Of a DNA stretch of 42,127 nt, positions 23,909 through 32,667 are shown in pieces. Below the pieces are notes generated by a model. That model was not told the origin of the DNA. It saw nothing but the letters and a program-made list of their open reading frames with translations, and ran no database searches. A program made the position numbers and the translations under genes. The stretch is taken from assembly GCA_035636935.1 (NCBI GenBank), contig DASPYE010000202.1, positions 1 through 42,127 of the forward strand. Reading direction: 5' to 3'. Position 1 is the stretch's first letter, and every line of letters starts with the position of its first letter. Source of the stretch: Candidatus Dormiibacterota bacterium. Lineage in GTDB: Bacteria; Chloroflexota; Dormibacteria; Dormibacterales; Dormibacteraceae.

Positions 23909-24229
23909 TTACTTGCCGGTTTTGGCCTGGGGCCTCTGCGGGACGGTCCGCTTGAGGGGCGGCCGCCGTCCGGCGTGAAGCGGGTTGACCTTCTCGCCGT
24001 CGCCGTCCTTGCCGGCGCGGCTGGCGCGACCGGCGGTCGCGTGGAGAGTGCGTAGCTTTGCCAGGCGCTCCTTTTTGGCGGCCAGGGCCGTCTTGAGGGC
24101 GTCCGACAGCTGGGTATCGTTCATGGGGACGACCCGGAGCCGGGCCTCCAGCTCGAGGACCTCTACTTCAGCCCTTGTCAGTTCGAGATCGATGGTTTTT
24201 GACACTTTTCCTTCTTCTTTACCGATCAA
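23909..24229 (-). CDS. Hypothetical small protein (coiled-coil N-half, basic disordered C-half)
   Basis: I recognised no family. The internal GTG 24205 is preceded by GAAGGAAAA (an SD-like sequence), so the protein may be 98 aa (VSKTIDLELTRAEVEVLELEARL...). Third-position GC is consistent with coding. Confidence 0.4.
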   Translation of the reverse strand: MIGKEEGKVSKTIDLELTRAEVEVLELEARLRVVPMNDTQLSDALKTALAAKKERLAKLRTLHATAGRASRAGKDGDGEKVNPLHAGRRPPLKRTVPQRPQAKTGK

Positions 24230-24284
24230 AGCTACTGAACCAGATAATTACCCCGCAAGGGGCCAAGTTATGCCTCAACCGCTC

Positions 24285-25289
24285 TCAATTCACCTTGACA
24301 GTCGCGACAGAGGTGCATTGCACCGCGGGACCGCACAGCCCCGTGTCGCTGATCTGCACGCTCACAGCCCCGTTGTACATCGGAGAATTGGCGCCCCACG
24401 TAAGGGTGAGGCTCACCACCCCGGGCTGAACGGTGGCACCAAAACCAGGCGGTGGACAAGTCACGACGGCGACGAAGGAGCAGCTCCCACCCTTCCAACC
24501 TGTAGTTGCGACGGATGGCGCAGGCCCTGGGACCCCCCCGGAATAAGCAAGCTTCACAGTGCAGGTCGCGCGACCCGTGCAAGTTCCGGTTGCGAGTGCA
24601 ATGTGTGGATACATCCAGAACGTCGGTGAGATGGTCGTCATCGCGCCCAACGCATCGCCAACCTGGACGGTGAACTGCAGATAACCCGGCTTGCCGCCGA
24701 ACGCACCGTTCAGGGTCAGAGAGCTCGACGACAGCTTCGTTCCGGCAGGTAGCGGACCCTGCTTGACCGTGTAGGTGAGTGGAGCCACACCGCCGCTAAC
24801 CTGGCCGAACGAGCCACAGGCGTTGGCGCAGCCAAGCTCGACATTGCAGACGGTGGCACACGCTGGCAGCATGCTGGCCGTCAGCCGGCTTGCGATGTTG
24901 ATGGTTCCGGGGATGGTGGCCGTGCTGTCGCCCGAGTCGGCTGCCCGAATCGCGAATGTGTAGTGCCCCGCGCTCGTTGGCGTGCCGGCAACCGTGCCGT
25001 CGGTCCGGAGGCTCAACCCACTCGGGAGCGCACCGCTGACGACCGACCACTTGTAAGGCTGCACGCCGCCTGCAGCGCTGAGTGGCACCGCGGGGTACGC
25101 CAAACCGACCTCGCCGGCGTGAAAGCCTGGTCCTGACGCCGCCAACGAGGTGGTCGGGGTCGGCGATGCAGAAGGCGCCGGCGATTGCACGACGGCGATG
25201 GTTTTGGGTGGCGGTGCACAGGCAGCAAGGAAAACCAAAAGAGCCGCCATCGCAGCGGCCCACCTTCCAAACACCACTTCGCTACGCAC
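24285..25289 (-). CDS. Secreted lipoprotein with putative Ig-like (He_PIG/cadherin-like) repeats
   Basis: The signal peptide has a lipobox (ALLVFLAAC). The repeat signature is PYKWSVVSGALPSGLSLRTDGTVAGTPTSAGHYTF, with a second repeat PLTYTVKQGPLPAGTKL. The C-terminal part is Cys-rich. Confidence 0.6.
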   Translation of the reverse strand: MRSEVVFGRWAAAMAALLVFLAACAPPPKTIAVVQSPAPSASPTPTTSLAASGPGFHAGEVGLAYPAVPLSAAGGVQPYKWSVVSGALPSGLSLRTDGTVAGTPTSAGHYTFAIRAADSGDSTATIPGTINIASRLTASMLPACATVCNVELGCANACGSFGQVSGGVAPLTYTVKQGPLPAGTKLSSSSLTLNGAFGGKPGYLQFTVQVGDALGAMTTISPTFWMYPHIALATGTCTGRATCTVKLAYSGGVPGPAPSVATTGWKGGSCSFVAVVTCPPPGFGATVQPGVVSLTLTWGANSPMYNGAVSVQISDTGLCGPAVQCTSVATVKVN

Positions 25290-25341
25290 GAACTGCGACG
25301 CGAAGTGTAAGTCGCGCTACTGAATTTTCAGTCAGTGGAGC

Positions 25342-26460
25342 CTAATCAAGCGAGATCGCGTCGCGCAGCTTGTCGAAGAACCCTCTGGCTACTCTCTCGG
25401 GCTTGCCGGTGAGCCCGCCAACCTTTCTCAGCAACGCCTTCTGCTCTGGGTCGAGATCCTTCGGAATGACCAGCTGGATCACAACGTACTGGTCGCCGCG
25501 GCGACCGCCTCGCACGTCCGGCATGCCCCTGCCCTGCAACCGGAAGGACTGCCCGTGCTGTGTCCCGGCCGGGATGACGATCTCCACAGGCCCCTCCAGG
25601 GTCGGAATCTCGATCCGGTCGCCGAGCGCCGCCTGGACCATGTTGACCCGAAGCTCGTACACGATGTCCTGCTCGTGACGGGCGAGCTGGGCATGCGCCT
25701 TGACCCGCAGCACGACGTACAGATCACCCGGCGGACCGCCACGCACGCCGGCCTCGCCTTCGCCGCTGATCCGGATCTGCGACCCCGTGTCGACGCCGGC
25801 CGGAATCCTCACGACCAACCGCTTGGTCTTCTGCAACCGTCCCTGCCCGCGGCACTCGGCGCACGGGTTCTTGAGGATCCGGCCGGCCCCGCCGCACGTC
25901 GGGCAGGTCGCGGTCGTCATGACCTGGCCGAAGAATGACTGAGCTGTGCGCCGGATCTGGCCGGAGCCGCCGCAGCCGGGACAGGTCTCCTGCCCGGTCC
26001 CAGGCTCCGACCCGCTCCCGGAGCAGCGCTCGCACGTCGCGAGGCGCGGCACGTCGATCTGCCTCTCCACCCCGGTGAACGACTCCTCGAATGTGACCGT
26101 CAGGTCGTAGCGGAGGTCGTCGCCGCGGTTCGACCGCTCGCGTCGCGCGCGCCCGCCAAACCCGCCGCCGAAGAACGTATCGAAGATGTCGGCGAATGGC
26201 ATATCCGAGAAATCGACGGCCGGACCGCCGGCACCGACCGCGGCATGTCCGAAAAGGTCGTAGCTGCGGCGGCGGTCGGGATCGGACAGCACGGTGTAGG
26301 CCTCGCTTGCCTCCTTGAAGCGTTCGTGCGCGACGGCGTCCTCAGGGTTGCGGTCGGGGTGCGAGTCCATCGCGATCTTGCGAAACGCCCGCTTCAGATC
26401 ATCGGGGGACGCCTGCCGTCCGACGCCCAGGATCTCGTAGTAGTCGCGCTTGACGGCCAC
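25342..26460 (-). CDS. dnaJ: Molecular chaperone DnaJ
   Basis: The J domain shows DYYEILGV...HPDRN. A G/F region follows, then four CxxCxGxG zinc-finger repeats (CERCSGSG, CPGCGGSG, CPTCGGAG, CAECRGQG). GTG start lies 6 nt after the grpE stop. Confidence 0.95.
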   Translation of the reverse strand: MAVKRDYYEILGVGRQASPDDLKRAFRKIAMDSHPDRNPEDAVAHERFKEASEAYTVLSDPDRRRSYDLFGHAAVGAGGPAVDFSDMPFADIFDTFFGGGFGGRARRERSNRGDDLRYDLTVTFEESFTGVERQIDVPRLATCERCSGSGSEPGTGQETCPGCGGSGQIRRTAQSFFGQVMTTATCPTCGGAGRILKNPCAECRGQGRLQKTKRLVVRIPAGVDTGSQIRISGEGEAGVRGGPPGDLYVVLRVKAHAQLARHEQDIVYELRVNMVQAALGDRIEIPTLEGPVEIVIPAGTQHGQSFRLQGRGMPDVRGGRRGDQYVVIQLVIPKDLDPEQKALLRKVGGLTGKPERVARGFFDKLRDAISLD

Positions 26461-26466
26461 TAGGAG

Positions 26467-27003
26467 CTAATCAGTTTGATTTTGGGGCGCGCGCGCGACC
26501 TTGACGAGCGCGGGCCTGACGACACGATCGCGCAGCCGGTAGCCGCGCCGCAGCTCCGAGACGACTGTGTCCTCCGGGTGCTCGGCGGACTCCTCCTCCC
26601 CAATCGCCTCGTGAAGCTTGGGGTCGAACCGGGAGCCGACCGACTCGATCGGCTGCAGACCATGCGTGCCGAGCGCCTCCTCCAGCTTGCGCACGCTGAG
26701 CTCGATTCCTTTCAGCCATGACTCGTCGATGCCGTTGGGTTTGTGGTCGAGAACGTTGTGGAGGTCGTCGAGCACCGGGAGCAACCGATTGATCAGCTCG
26801 GCGGACGCGTGCTGGATGGTCTCCAGCTGCTCCTGACGCATCCGCTTCTTGTAGTTGTCAAAATCGGCTGCCAGTCGGAGGTGACGATCCTTCGCTTCGG
26901 CGAGCGCCGACTCGAGCTCAGCCAGCCTGCTTTCGAGCGAGGCGGTCGCCGACTCCTCCGATTCGCTTTCGTGAGATTCGTGTGGATGCTTGCGGGTGGT
27001 CAT
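26467..27003 (-). CDS. grpE: Nucleotide exchange factor GrpE
   Basis: Motifs LRLAADFDNYKKR, LLPVLDDL and FDPKLHEA, plus a C-terminal beta domain. The length is 178 aa. Confidence 0.9.
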   Translation of the reverse strand: MTTRKHPHESHESESEESATASLESRLAELESALAEAKDRHLRLAADFDNYKKRMRQEQLETIQHASAELINRLLPVLDDLHNVLDHKPNGIDESWLKGIELSVRKLEEALGTHGLQPIESVGSRFDPKLHEAIGEEESAEHPEDTVVSELRRGYRLRDRVVRPALVKVARAPQNQTD

Positions 27004-27066
27004 CGAAACCTAAATACCGCGCGGGAGGCCCAGATCAAACTCCTACGGGGAGCTGGGGCCATCGCC

Positions 27067-28086
27067 TCAGCCCCCCGCTGTCTCTGCCATACGATCGCTG
27101 GCGCCGCGGGCGACGGCCTGCAGACGCGCGACAGTCTGGCTGTAGGCCATCCGTGTCGGGCCGATGACGCCGACCACTCCCTTGAGGCGGTCGGAGGGGC
27201 CGTAAGTCGTGAGGACGACAGCGCATCCCTGGAGCTGGCTCGACGTGTTTTCCGACCCGATCACGATCTGCAGGTCGGACTCCCCGATGAGCTGGCGCAG
27301 CAGCACGGTCAGGTACCGAGTCTCCTCGAGCACCTCGAGCACCTGGTGGACACGGGAGGACTCCGCGAACTCAGGCTGCCTCAGCAGGTTGCGCACGCCG
27401 TCGTGGACGACGAGGTTCTCCGCCCCCTTCTCGTACAGGTCGAGGACCGCGATGACTCGGCCGAGCAGCTCCTTTTCCAGACCTAGCGGAGCGCCGTCGT
27501 AGTGTCTGCGCGCCTCATCGCTGGCCCGGCCGCTCAACGATGCGTTGAACTGCGCTGTCAATCGCGTCAGATCGGCCTGCGTCGCAGGCTCGCTCGTGTT
27601 GACGACCTGCTGGCGCAGGAGATTGCCTTCGAGCAGCAGGATCAGGAGCACCTCCTTGGGCTCGAGAGAGACAAGGTCCAGGTGCTTGATCCGCGCCAGG
27701 GTGCCCTGCGGCGCGCTCGCGACAGAGGCGTTCTGGGTGACCGCCGCCACCGTCATCGCAACTCGCTCGACCATGCCCTCGACGTCGCTGGGCGCGGCCT
27801 TCAACTCGTCGTGGATGTACGTCCTGACGCGGTCCGGGATCGGTTCCAGGTCCATCAGGAAGTCGACGAAGTAGCGATACCCGGAATCGGTGGGCACCCT
27901 CCCGGCCGAGGTGTGCGGCTGGGTCAGGTAGCCGAGGTCCGCCAGCTCGGCGAGCTCGCTGCGGATGGTGGCCGACGAAAGATTGACGAAATAACGCGAC
28001 TGCAGCGCCTGGGATCCGACCGGCACCGCGTTGGTCGTGAACTCGTGCACCACCGCCCGGAGAACCGCCTGCTTTCTGTTTTCCAT
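27067..28086 (-). CDS. hrcA: Heat-inducible transcription repressor HrcA
   Basis: The N-terminus reads RKQAVLRAVVHEFTTNAVPVGSQAL. The length is 339 aa, the gene sits upstream of grpE-dnaJ, and a CIRCE operator lies immediately 5' of it. Confidence 0.9.
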   Translation of the reverse strand: MENRKQAVLRAVVHEFTTNAVPVGSQALQSRYFVNLSSATIRSELAELADLGYLTQPHTSAGRVPTDSGYRYFVDFLMDLEPIPDRVRTYIHDELKAAPSDVEGMVERVAMTVAAVTQNASVASAPQGTLARIKHLDLVSLEPKEVLLILLLEGNLLRQQVVNTSEPATQADLTRLTAQFNASLSGRASDEARRHYDGAPLGLEKELLGRVIAVLDLYEKGAENLVVHDGVRNLLRQPEFAESSRVHQVLEVLEETRYLTVLLRQLIGESDLQIVIGSENTSSQLQGCAVVLTTYGPSDRLKGVVGVIGPTRMAYSQTVARLQAVARGASDRMAETAGG

Positions 28087-28092
28087 GTCGTT

Positions 28093-28119
28093 TCAGCACT
28101 CTCGGAGCGAGAGTGCCAA
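28093..28119. promoter_or_regulatory. CIRCE operator (HrcA binding site)
   Basis: TCAGCACTC-N9-GAGTGCCAA compares with the consensus TTAGCACTC-N9-GAGTGCTAA, matching 16 of 18 arm positions. It lies 6 nt upstream of the hrcA ATG. Confidence 0.8.
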
Positions 28120-28151
28120 ATCAGGTTACAGCGCCGGCGAGACGCTTGGAG

Positions 28152-28505
28152 CTAGCTCCTCTTCGGTTGGGGGGTCGCGGTGGGCGCCGGGGCGGGGAGT
28201 GGCGCGGCGCAGTTGCCGTCCCTGCCAAGGTCGCTCTGGGCGATGCCGCTCACATACGCGCCGCCCTTTTTGGAATGGGCGGCCTGCGAGACGTAGAACC
28301 CGTGGTTGCAGGGGTGCGCGGACCTGGCCTGCTTTTCGGGCTCGACCTTCGGGCTGGCCTGGGCCGCGGCCGGCGCGAGGTGGACCGAAGTCTGCCTGGC
28401 GACCAGGACGCCCGCGAAAACAAGGTCGGCGAGCACGAGCGACGCGATGATGACCACGAGCGCGGTCATCGTGCCGCCGAAGCGCCCCAGGCGTGTGTGC
28501 AGCAT
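28152..28505 (-). CDS. Hypothetical membrane-anchored protein
   Basis: One TM helix (MTALVVIIASLVLADLVFAGVLVA) is followed by an Ala/Pro-rich linker, a CNHGFYVSQAAHSKKGGAYVSGIAQSD motif and a Pro-rich tail. I recognised no family. The start is ATG 28505 or 28469. Confidence 0.4.
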   Translation of the reverse strand: MLHTRLGRFGGTMTALVVIIASLVLADLVFAGVLVARQTSVHLAPAAAQASPKVEPEKQARSAHPCNHGFYVSQAAHSKKGGAYVSGIAQSDLGRDGNCAAPLPAPAPTATPQPKRS

Positions 28506-28547
28506 GTGTCTACCCTGGCTAACGGAGCCGGCCGCGAAAACAGTCGG

Positions 28548-29753
28548 TCAGAGCACGGCCAGCGCGATCTGATTGTGCAGGTCCATCCCCCGCCTGGTGG
28601 GCACGATCCGGCCGTCGATCCGCCGAATGAGTCCCGCCCGCTGTAGGCGCCGCAGCTCGGAGTCGAACCCACCTGGGGCGACCATCCCGTCCGCTGTCCG
28701 CAACCCGAGCATCAGCGATTCGGCGGTCGCCTTGCGTGATTCCAGCTCCTCGCCGTCGGCCCGGGGCGATCGCGCGGCGGCGACGTACTCGCGCGGTCGC
28801 GCGACGTTCCACCAGCGCCATGCGCGGCCACCATCGGTGGCGTACGAGTGGGCGCCCGCGCCTGCCCCATACACGGGCCGGCAGCGCCAGTACGCGTGGT
28901 TGTGACGGGACTCAAAGCCGGGACGGGACCAGTTCGACACCTCGTAGCGGCGGAAACCGGCGGCCTCCAGCTCGGTGCATGCTGCGTCGAGCTGGTCCCA
29001 CTGAAGGTCGGTTTCGACCTCGGGCACTCTGCCTTCCGCGCGCCGGCGGTGTAGGAGTGTGCCCTCCTCGAAAGAAAGGCAGTAGGTGGAGACATGGTCT
29101 GGGCGGAGGGCGATCGCACGACGCAAAGTTTCCAGCCATGTCTCCAGGCTCTGGAAGGGGACGGCGTAGATGAGGTCGATGCTCACGTTGGACATCCCCA
29201 TCTCGCGCGCGAGGCTGAAAGCACGGACCGCCTGCGCGGCATCGGTCTTGCGTTCGAGAACTGCCAGGGCGCGTGTGTCAAACCCCTGCACGCCGAGGCT
29301 CAGCCGGTTGACACCACCCTCCAGCCAGGCCGCGATCTTCGTTTCGTCGGTGCTTGCTGGATTCGCCTCCAGGGTGACCTCAGCGTCCGGCGCGAGGTTG
29401 AAGTTGCGACGGATGAACTCCAGCAGCCGCGATACCTCCGCGGCGGGAAGCAAGCTCGGCGTTCCCCCTCCGAAGTAGACCGTCGCGAGCTGCTGAAACG
29501 GATATCGCTCGCGGGCGAAGACGAGCTCCTGCTCGAGGGCGTCGACGTAGTCAGGTATGAGGCGGTCCATCCCGGCATACGCGTTGAAGTCGCAGTAACC
29601 GCACTTGTGCCGGCAAAACGGGATGTGGACGTACAGGTGCCGGAAGGAATTCAGGCCATCGGGCGCGTTCGGCGAGACCGGGGTGTGGCCACCGGACGCG
29701 CGCAGCGAGTCCGGACGCCTACCACCGGACGCGTGCAGCGAGTCCGGACGCAT
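28548..29753 (-). CDS. hemW: Radical SAM heme chaperone HemW (oxygen-independent coproporphyrinogen oxidase-like)
   Basis: Motifs LYVHIPFCRHKCGYCDFN (CxxxCxxC), GGGTPS and a HemN_C-like tail. I set the start at ATG 29753, 1 nt after the upstream stop. This leaves a 37-aa N-terminal extension containing an 11-codon tandem duplication. Confidence 0.85.
   Translation of the reverse strand: MRPDSLHASGGRRPDSLRASGGHTPVSPNAPDGLNSFRHLYVHIPFCRHKCGYCDFNAYAGMDRLIPDYVDALEQELVFARERYPFQQLATVYFGGGTPSLLPAAEVSRLLEFIRRNFNLAPDAEVTLEANPASTDETKIAAWLEGGVNRLSLGVQGFDTRALAVLERKTDAAQAVRAFSLAREMGMSNVSIDLIYAVPFQSLETWLETLRRAIALRPDHVSTYCLSFEEGTLLHRRRAEGRVPEVETDLQWDQLDAACTELEAAGFRRYEVSNWSRPGFESRHNHAYWRCRPVYGAGAGAHSYATDGGRAWRWWNVARPREYVAAARSPRADGEELESRKATAESLMLGLRTADGMVAPGGFDSELRRLQRAGLIRRIDGRIVPTRRGMDLHNQIALAVL
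29689..29751. repeat. 33-bp tandem duplication (2 copies, 1 mismatch in the 30-nt core)
   Basis: CCACCGGACGCGCGCAGCGAGTCCGGACGC (29689-29718) and CCACCGGACGCGTGCAGCGAGTCCGGACGC (29722-29751) are separated by CTA. The repeat is in frame and encodes RPDSLHASGG / RPDSLRASGG at the hemW 5' end. Confidence 0.9.
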
Positions 29754-29754
29754 A

Positions 29755-30078
29755 TCAGACACCCTTGATGGTGTAGCGCTGGCCGCGCGCCGCCTCCAAC
29801 TCGCGACGCAGGTGCTCAACCGCCTCCCGGTCGTTGGGCACGAGCTCCTTGATCCGCTGCGCGATTCGGTCCTCGACGCGGGCAATCTGCCTGGCGATCT
29901 GATCCACGTTCGCGTTGGTGGCGCGATATCGCTCCCGCTTACGCCACAGGCGTGCGTGCTCGTCGCGCAGGTCGGTGACCGAACGACGCACCTGGCATTC
30001 GAGGCAGTAGCCTCCCTTTGTCTGGGAGCTCGGCACCTGCTTGCCGCAATCACGGCAGAAGATCAAAAGCGCACTCAT
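29755..30078 (-). CDS. Hypothetical zinc-ribbon protein with coiled-coil C-terminus
   Basis: CRDCGKQ...CLEC forms a CxxC...CxxC zinc ribbon, followed by a charged helical region. The gene is wedged between ybaK (ATGA overlap) and hemW (1-nt gap), which supports it being translated. Confidence 0.5.
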   Translation of the reverse strand: MSALLIFCRDCGKQVPSSQTKGGYCLECQVRRSVTDLRDEHARLWRKRERYRATNANVDQIARQIARVEDRIAQRIKELVPNDREAVEHLRRELEAARGQRYTIKGV

Positions 30079-30584
30079 CCGTCCCCACCTCGCGTGGAGT
30101 TCGGACGCACGGCCGGGCCCGCGGGTTCGCCGGAGGCCTTGAGGTCAGCAATCACCGCCTTACTCAATTCCCGCAATCGCTTGGGCGCAATCTCGAACAC
30201 GGCGTCGGGCCGCCCCGCGGCCGCCCAGACGGCCGGATATGCAAGAAGGTCGCGGTCCATGAACACCGGCACCTCGGTCGCGTGGCCGAAAGGGGGCACG
30301 CCTCCGATCGAATAGCCGGTTGCGACGCGGGCAGTCTCAGGGTCCGCCTTGCTGACCGGTTCGCCGACCAGCGCCGCGAGGCGTGCCTCGTCGAGCCGGT
30401 TCGGTCCGCTCATCAGCGCGATCACCGGGCTGGCGCCGGCCATGAAGACGAGCGACTTGACGATCTGGCCAAGCTCGCAGCCGACGGCCCTGGCCGCCTC
30501 GGTCGCAGTCCGCGTGCCTTGCGGAAATTCCTTTACCGTCACGCCGAGGTCAGTCGTGACTAGCCATGCCTCGAATCGGTTCAT
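30075..30584 (-). CDS. ybaK: YbaK/EbsC-family aminoacyl-tRNA deacylase
   Basis: Motifs VKSLVFMAG, GYSIGGVPPFGH and VFMDRDLL. The length is 169 aa. Confidence 0.75.
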   Translation of the reverse strand: MNRFEAWLVTTDLGVTVKEFPQGTRTATEAARAVGCELGQIVKSLVFMAGASPVIALMSGPNRLDEARLAALVGEPVSKADPETARVATGYSIGGVPPFGHATEVPVFMDRDLLAYPAVWAAAGRPDAVFEIAPKRLRELSKAVIADLKASGEPAGPAVRPNSTRGGDG

Positions 30585-30610
30585 CGCATCTAAGAAGATA
30601 GGGTTGTCCC

Positions 30611-31588
30611 ATGCTCAAAGCTCCGACTCGTGTCGTGGTGACCGGCGCGGCCGGGTTCATCGGCTCCCATCTGTGCGAGCGGCTGCTGGGAGATGGGCAC
30701 GAGGTGATCGGCATCGACTCGTTCAGCGACTACTACGAGCGCGACCGCAAGGAGCAGAACCTCGAGACTTTGCGCCGCGACGGCCGCTTCACGCTCGAGG
30801 AGCTCGACCTCGTGGCGGCCGACCTCTCGAAACCGCTTCGTGGAGCGAAGGTCGTCTTTCACCTGGCGGGCCAACCCGGGGTTCGCCCTAGCTGGGGCGG
30901 CCACTTCGACCGCTACGTGCAGGACAACATCGTCGCGACGCAACGCCTGCTCGAAGCCTTGCGCGAGGTAGCGGTCGAGCGCCTCGTGTTTGCGTCCAGC
31001 TCATCGGTCTACGGCGACGCCGAGATGTTCCCCACCAAGGAGACCGCTTTGCCCCGGCCGGTTTCCCCCTACGGAATGACCAAGCTCGCCGCCGAGCACC
31101 TCACCTTTGTCTACCTGAGGAACTTCGGCATCCCCGCGACCTCGCTGCGCTACTTCACCGTGTATGGACCGCGCCAGCGGCCCGATATGGCCTTCGTCCG
31201 GTTCATGGACGCCCTGGTCGCGAGCCATGAGATCGAGATCTACGGCGACGGCGAGCAGACGCGCGAGTTCACATTCGTGTCGGACGCCGTGGATGGAACC
31301 GTCAAAGCCGCATCGGCGGACGTGGTCGGCCAGATCGTCAACCTGGGTGGCGGCAGCCGGGTGACAGTGAACCGCGTGCTCGGGACGCTGGAGGACATCA
31401 GCCGGCTCGAGGCACGCCGTAAGTTCCTTCCCGCCGCGCCCGGCGATCCCCGGCATACCGGCGCCTCGATCAACGTGGCGCGCGAACGTCTGGGCTGGGA
31501 GCCTCGCGTCGCGCTTCGCGAGGGCCTGACGAAGCAGTGGCAGTGGTTTCAGGAGTCCCGCGCCTCAGCGCGTTCTTCCGCGCTCTAG
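30611..31588 (+). CDS. NAD-dependent sugar-nucleotide epimerase/dehydratase (extended SDR)
   Basis: Motifs VVVTGAAGFIGSHLCERLL, SSSSVYG and YGMTKLAAE (YxxxK). The length is 325 aa. The substrate is not assignable. Confidence 0.85.
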   Translation: MLKAPTRVVVTGAAGFIGSHLCERLLGDGHEVIGIDSFSDYYERDRKEQNLETLRRDGRFTLEELDLVAADLSKPLRGAKVVFHLAGQPGVRPSWGGHFDRYVQDNIVATQRLLEALREVAVERLVFASSSSVYGDAEMFPTKETALPRPVSPYGMTKLAAEHLTFVYLRNFGIPATSLRYFTVYGPRQRPDMAFVRFMDALVASHEIEIYGDGEQTREFTFVSDAVDGTVKAASADVVGQIVNLGGGSRVTVNRVLGTLEDISRLEARRKFLPAAPGDPRHTGASINVARERLGWEPRVALREGLTKQWQWFQESRASARSSAL

Positions 31589-32667
31589 CTCCGGAACGCT
31601 GTGGGCCAGGCGGTCGCGACGGTTTCCAGCGGAGACTCGCAAGAACGCGACGCAGCCTCGTTGGCGCTGAACTCCGCGGTCGAGCGGCAGATGAGCAACC
31701 CAACGTGGCTGCCGGACAGGACGAAGTAGTCGTACTGCCCCGGCCCGGTGACGTCGTTGTAGAGCTTCAGCACCCCGTTGGCGTCGACCGTCGAGCTGCC
31801 CTTGAACGCGTCGAACAGCTCGCTCGCGGCAGTCGCCGAGGTCAGGGTGAACACCGCCGCCTGCACCTCCATGTGCGTGTCGCTGTCGAGCACGTAGTCG
31901 CCGAACAGGAAATCGCTCAAGTTCTCGGCCTTGAACAGCGTCACCAGCTGGGTCGGCGCGCTGAAGTTCAACATGAGCGGTATCGCTTCGATGGGAAGTC
32001 TCGCCGCGCCGAGCAAGGTGATGTATGCGTTCGGCGGAGGCAGGCTCGCCAGGTCGTTCGCTGACGGCTGCGCGCCGTGGACCTTGCCGGCGACCGCGTC
32101 CTTGACGCCCGATACCAGCTTCGATGAGACCCGCCCGAGTTGGTCGGAGCTCGGAAAACCATCGTTCTTCAACCATGTGCTTTCCACGACGACTGACCCC
32201 ACGCGGATGAGCGTCACCGTTTCGTACGGCGCACCGCCGGCCGTCAGCTTTTCCCGGTAGTAAAGCGCCTTGTCGCCAACGCTCTTTCCCGTGTTGCCGC
32301 TGCCCAGGCTGCTCTCGGCGTTGGTCATGAGCGACGTGGCGGAGCTTGTCTTGTCGAACTGGATGTAGCGGATCCGCCAGCTCTCCGACGTGCCGACGTT
32401 CGCGTAGCGCCGTACCACCGTGTACTTGACCTGCGAGGAGAAGTTCGCGTCGTCGAGCGGCCGCACGGCGAAAGTCGGCGCCGATGGCCACCAATCGCCG
32501 CCCAGCAGCGAGCCGGCGTCGGACGCGCTCGGGCTGGCCGCGTAGACGTCCATGATCTTGGCCGGCGGCGCCGACTGGAAAGGCTTCGCGCATGCACCCG
32601 CCGCGACGGCGCCCACCGCGAGCAGCGCAAGCAGTCGGGGCAGCCTGGAGGCGGCGACTCTAATCAA
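31585..32667 (-). CDS. Hypothetical secreted lipoprotein
   Basis: The signal peptide has a lipobox ([15 protein letters not shown]). I preferred this frame over the overlapping 31565..32593 frame, which is Arg/Gly-rich nonsense. TTG start overlaps the lepA stop by 8 nt. I recognised no family. Confidence 0.5.
   Translation of the reverse strand: MIRVAASRLPRLLALLAVGAVAAGACAKPFQSAPPAKIMDVYAASPSASDAGSLLGGDWWPSAPTFAVRPLDDANFSSQVKYTVVRRYANVGTSESWRIRYIQFDKTSSATSLMTNAESSLGSGNTGKSVGDKALYYREKLTAGGAPYETVTLIRVGSVVVESTWLKNDGFPSSDQLGRVSSKLVSGVKDAVAGKVHGAQPSANDLASLPPPNAYITLLGAARLPIEAIPLMLNFSAPTQLVTLFKAENLSDFLFGDYVLDSDTHMEVQAAVFTLTSATAASELFDAFKGSSTVDANGVLKLYNDVTGPGQYDYFVLSGSHVGLLICRSTAEFSANEAASRSCESPLETVATAWPTAFRS

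Noticed and set aside
24253-24264. CCCCGCAAGGGG stem-loop after the lipoprotein gene as an intrinsic terminator.
   Set aside because: The stem is only 4-5 bp and the downstream U tract is weak and interrupted on the minus strand, so it is not convincing enough to list as a feature.
25320-25333. Palindrome ACTGAATTTTCAGT between dnaJ and the Ig-like lipoprotein gene.
   Set aside because: The stem is short (6 bp) with a 2-nt loop, so it cannot form a stable hairpin. It occurs once, and nothing links it to a regulator.
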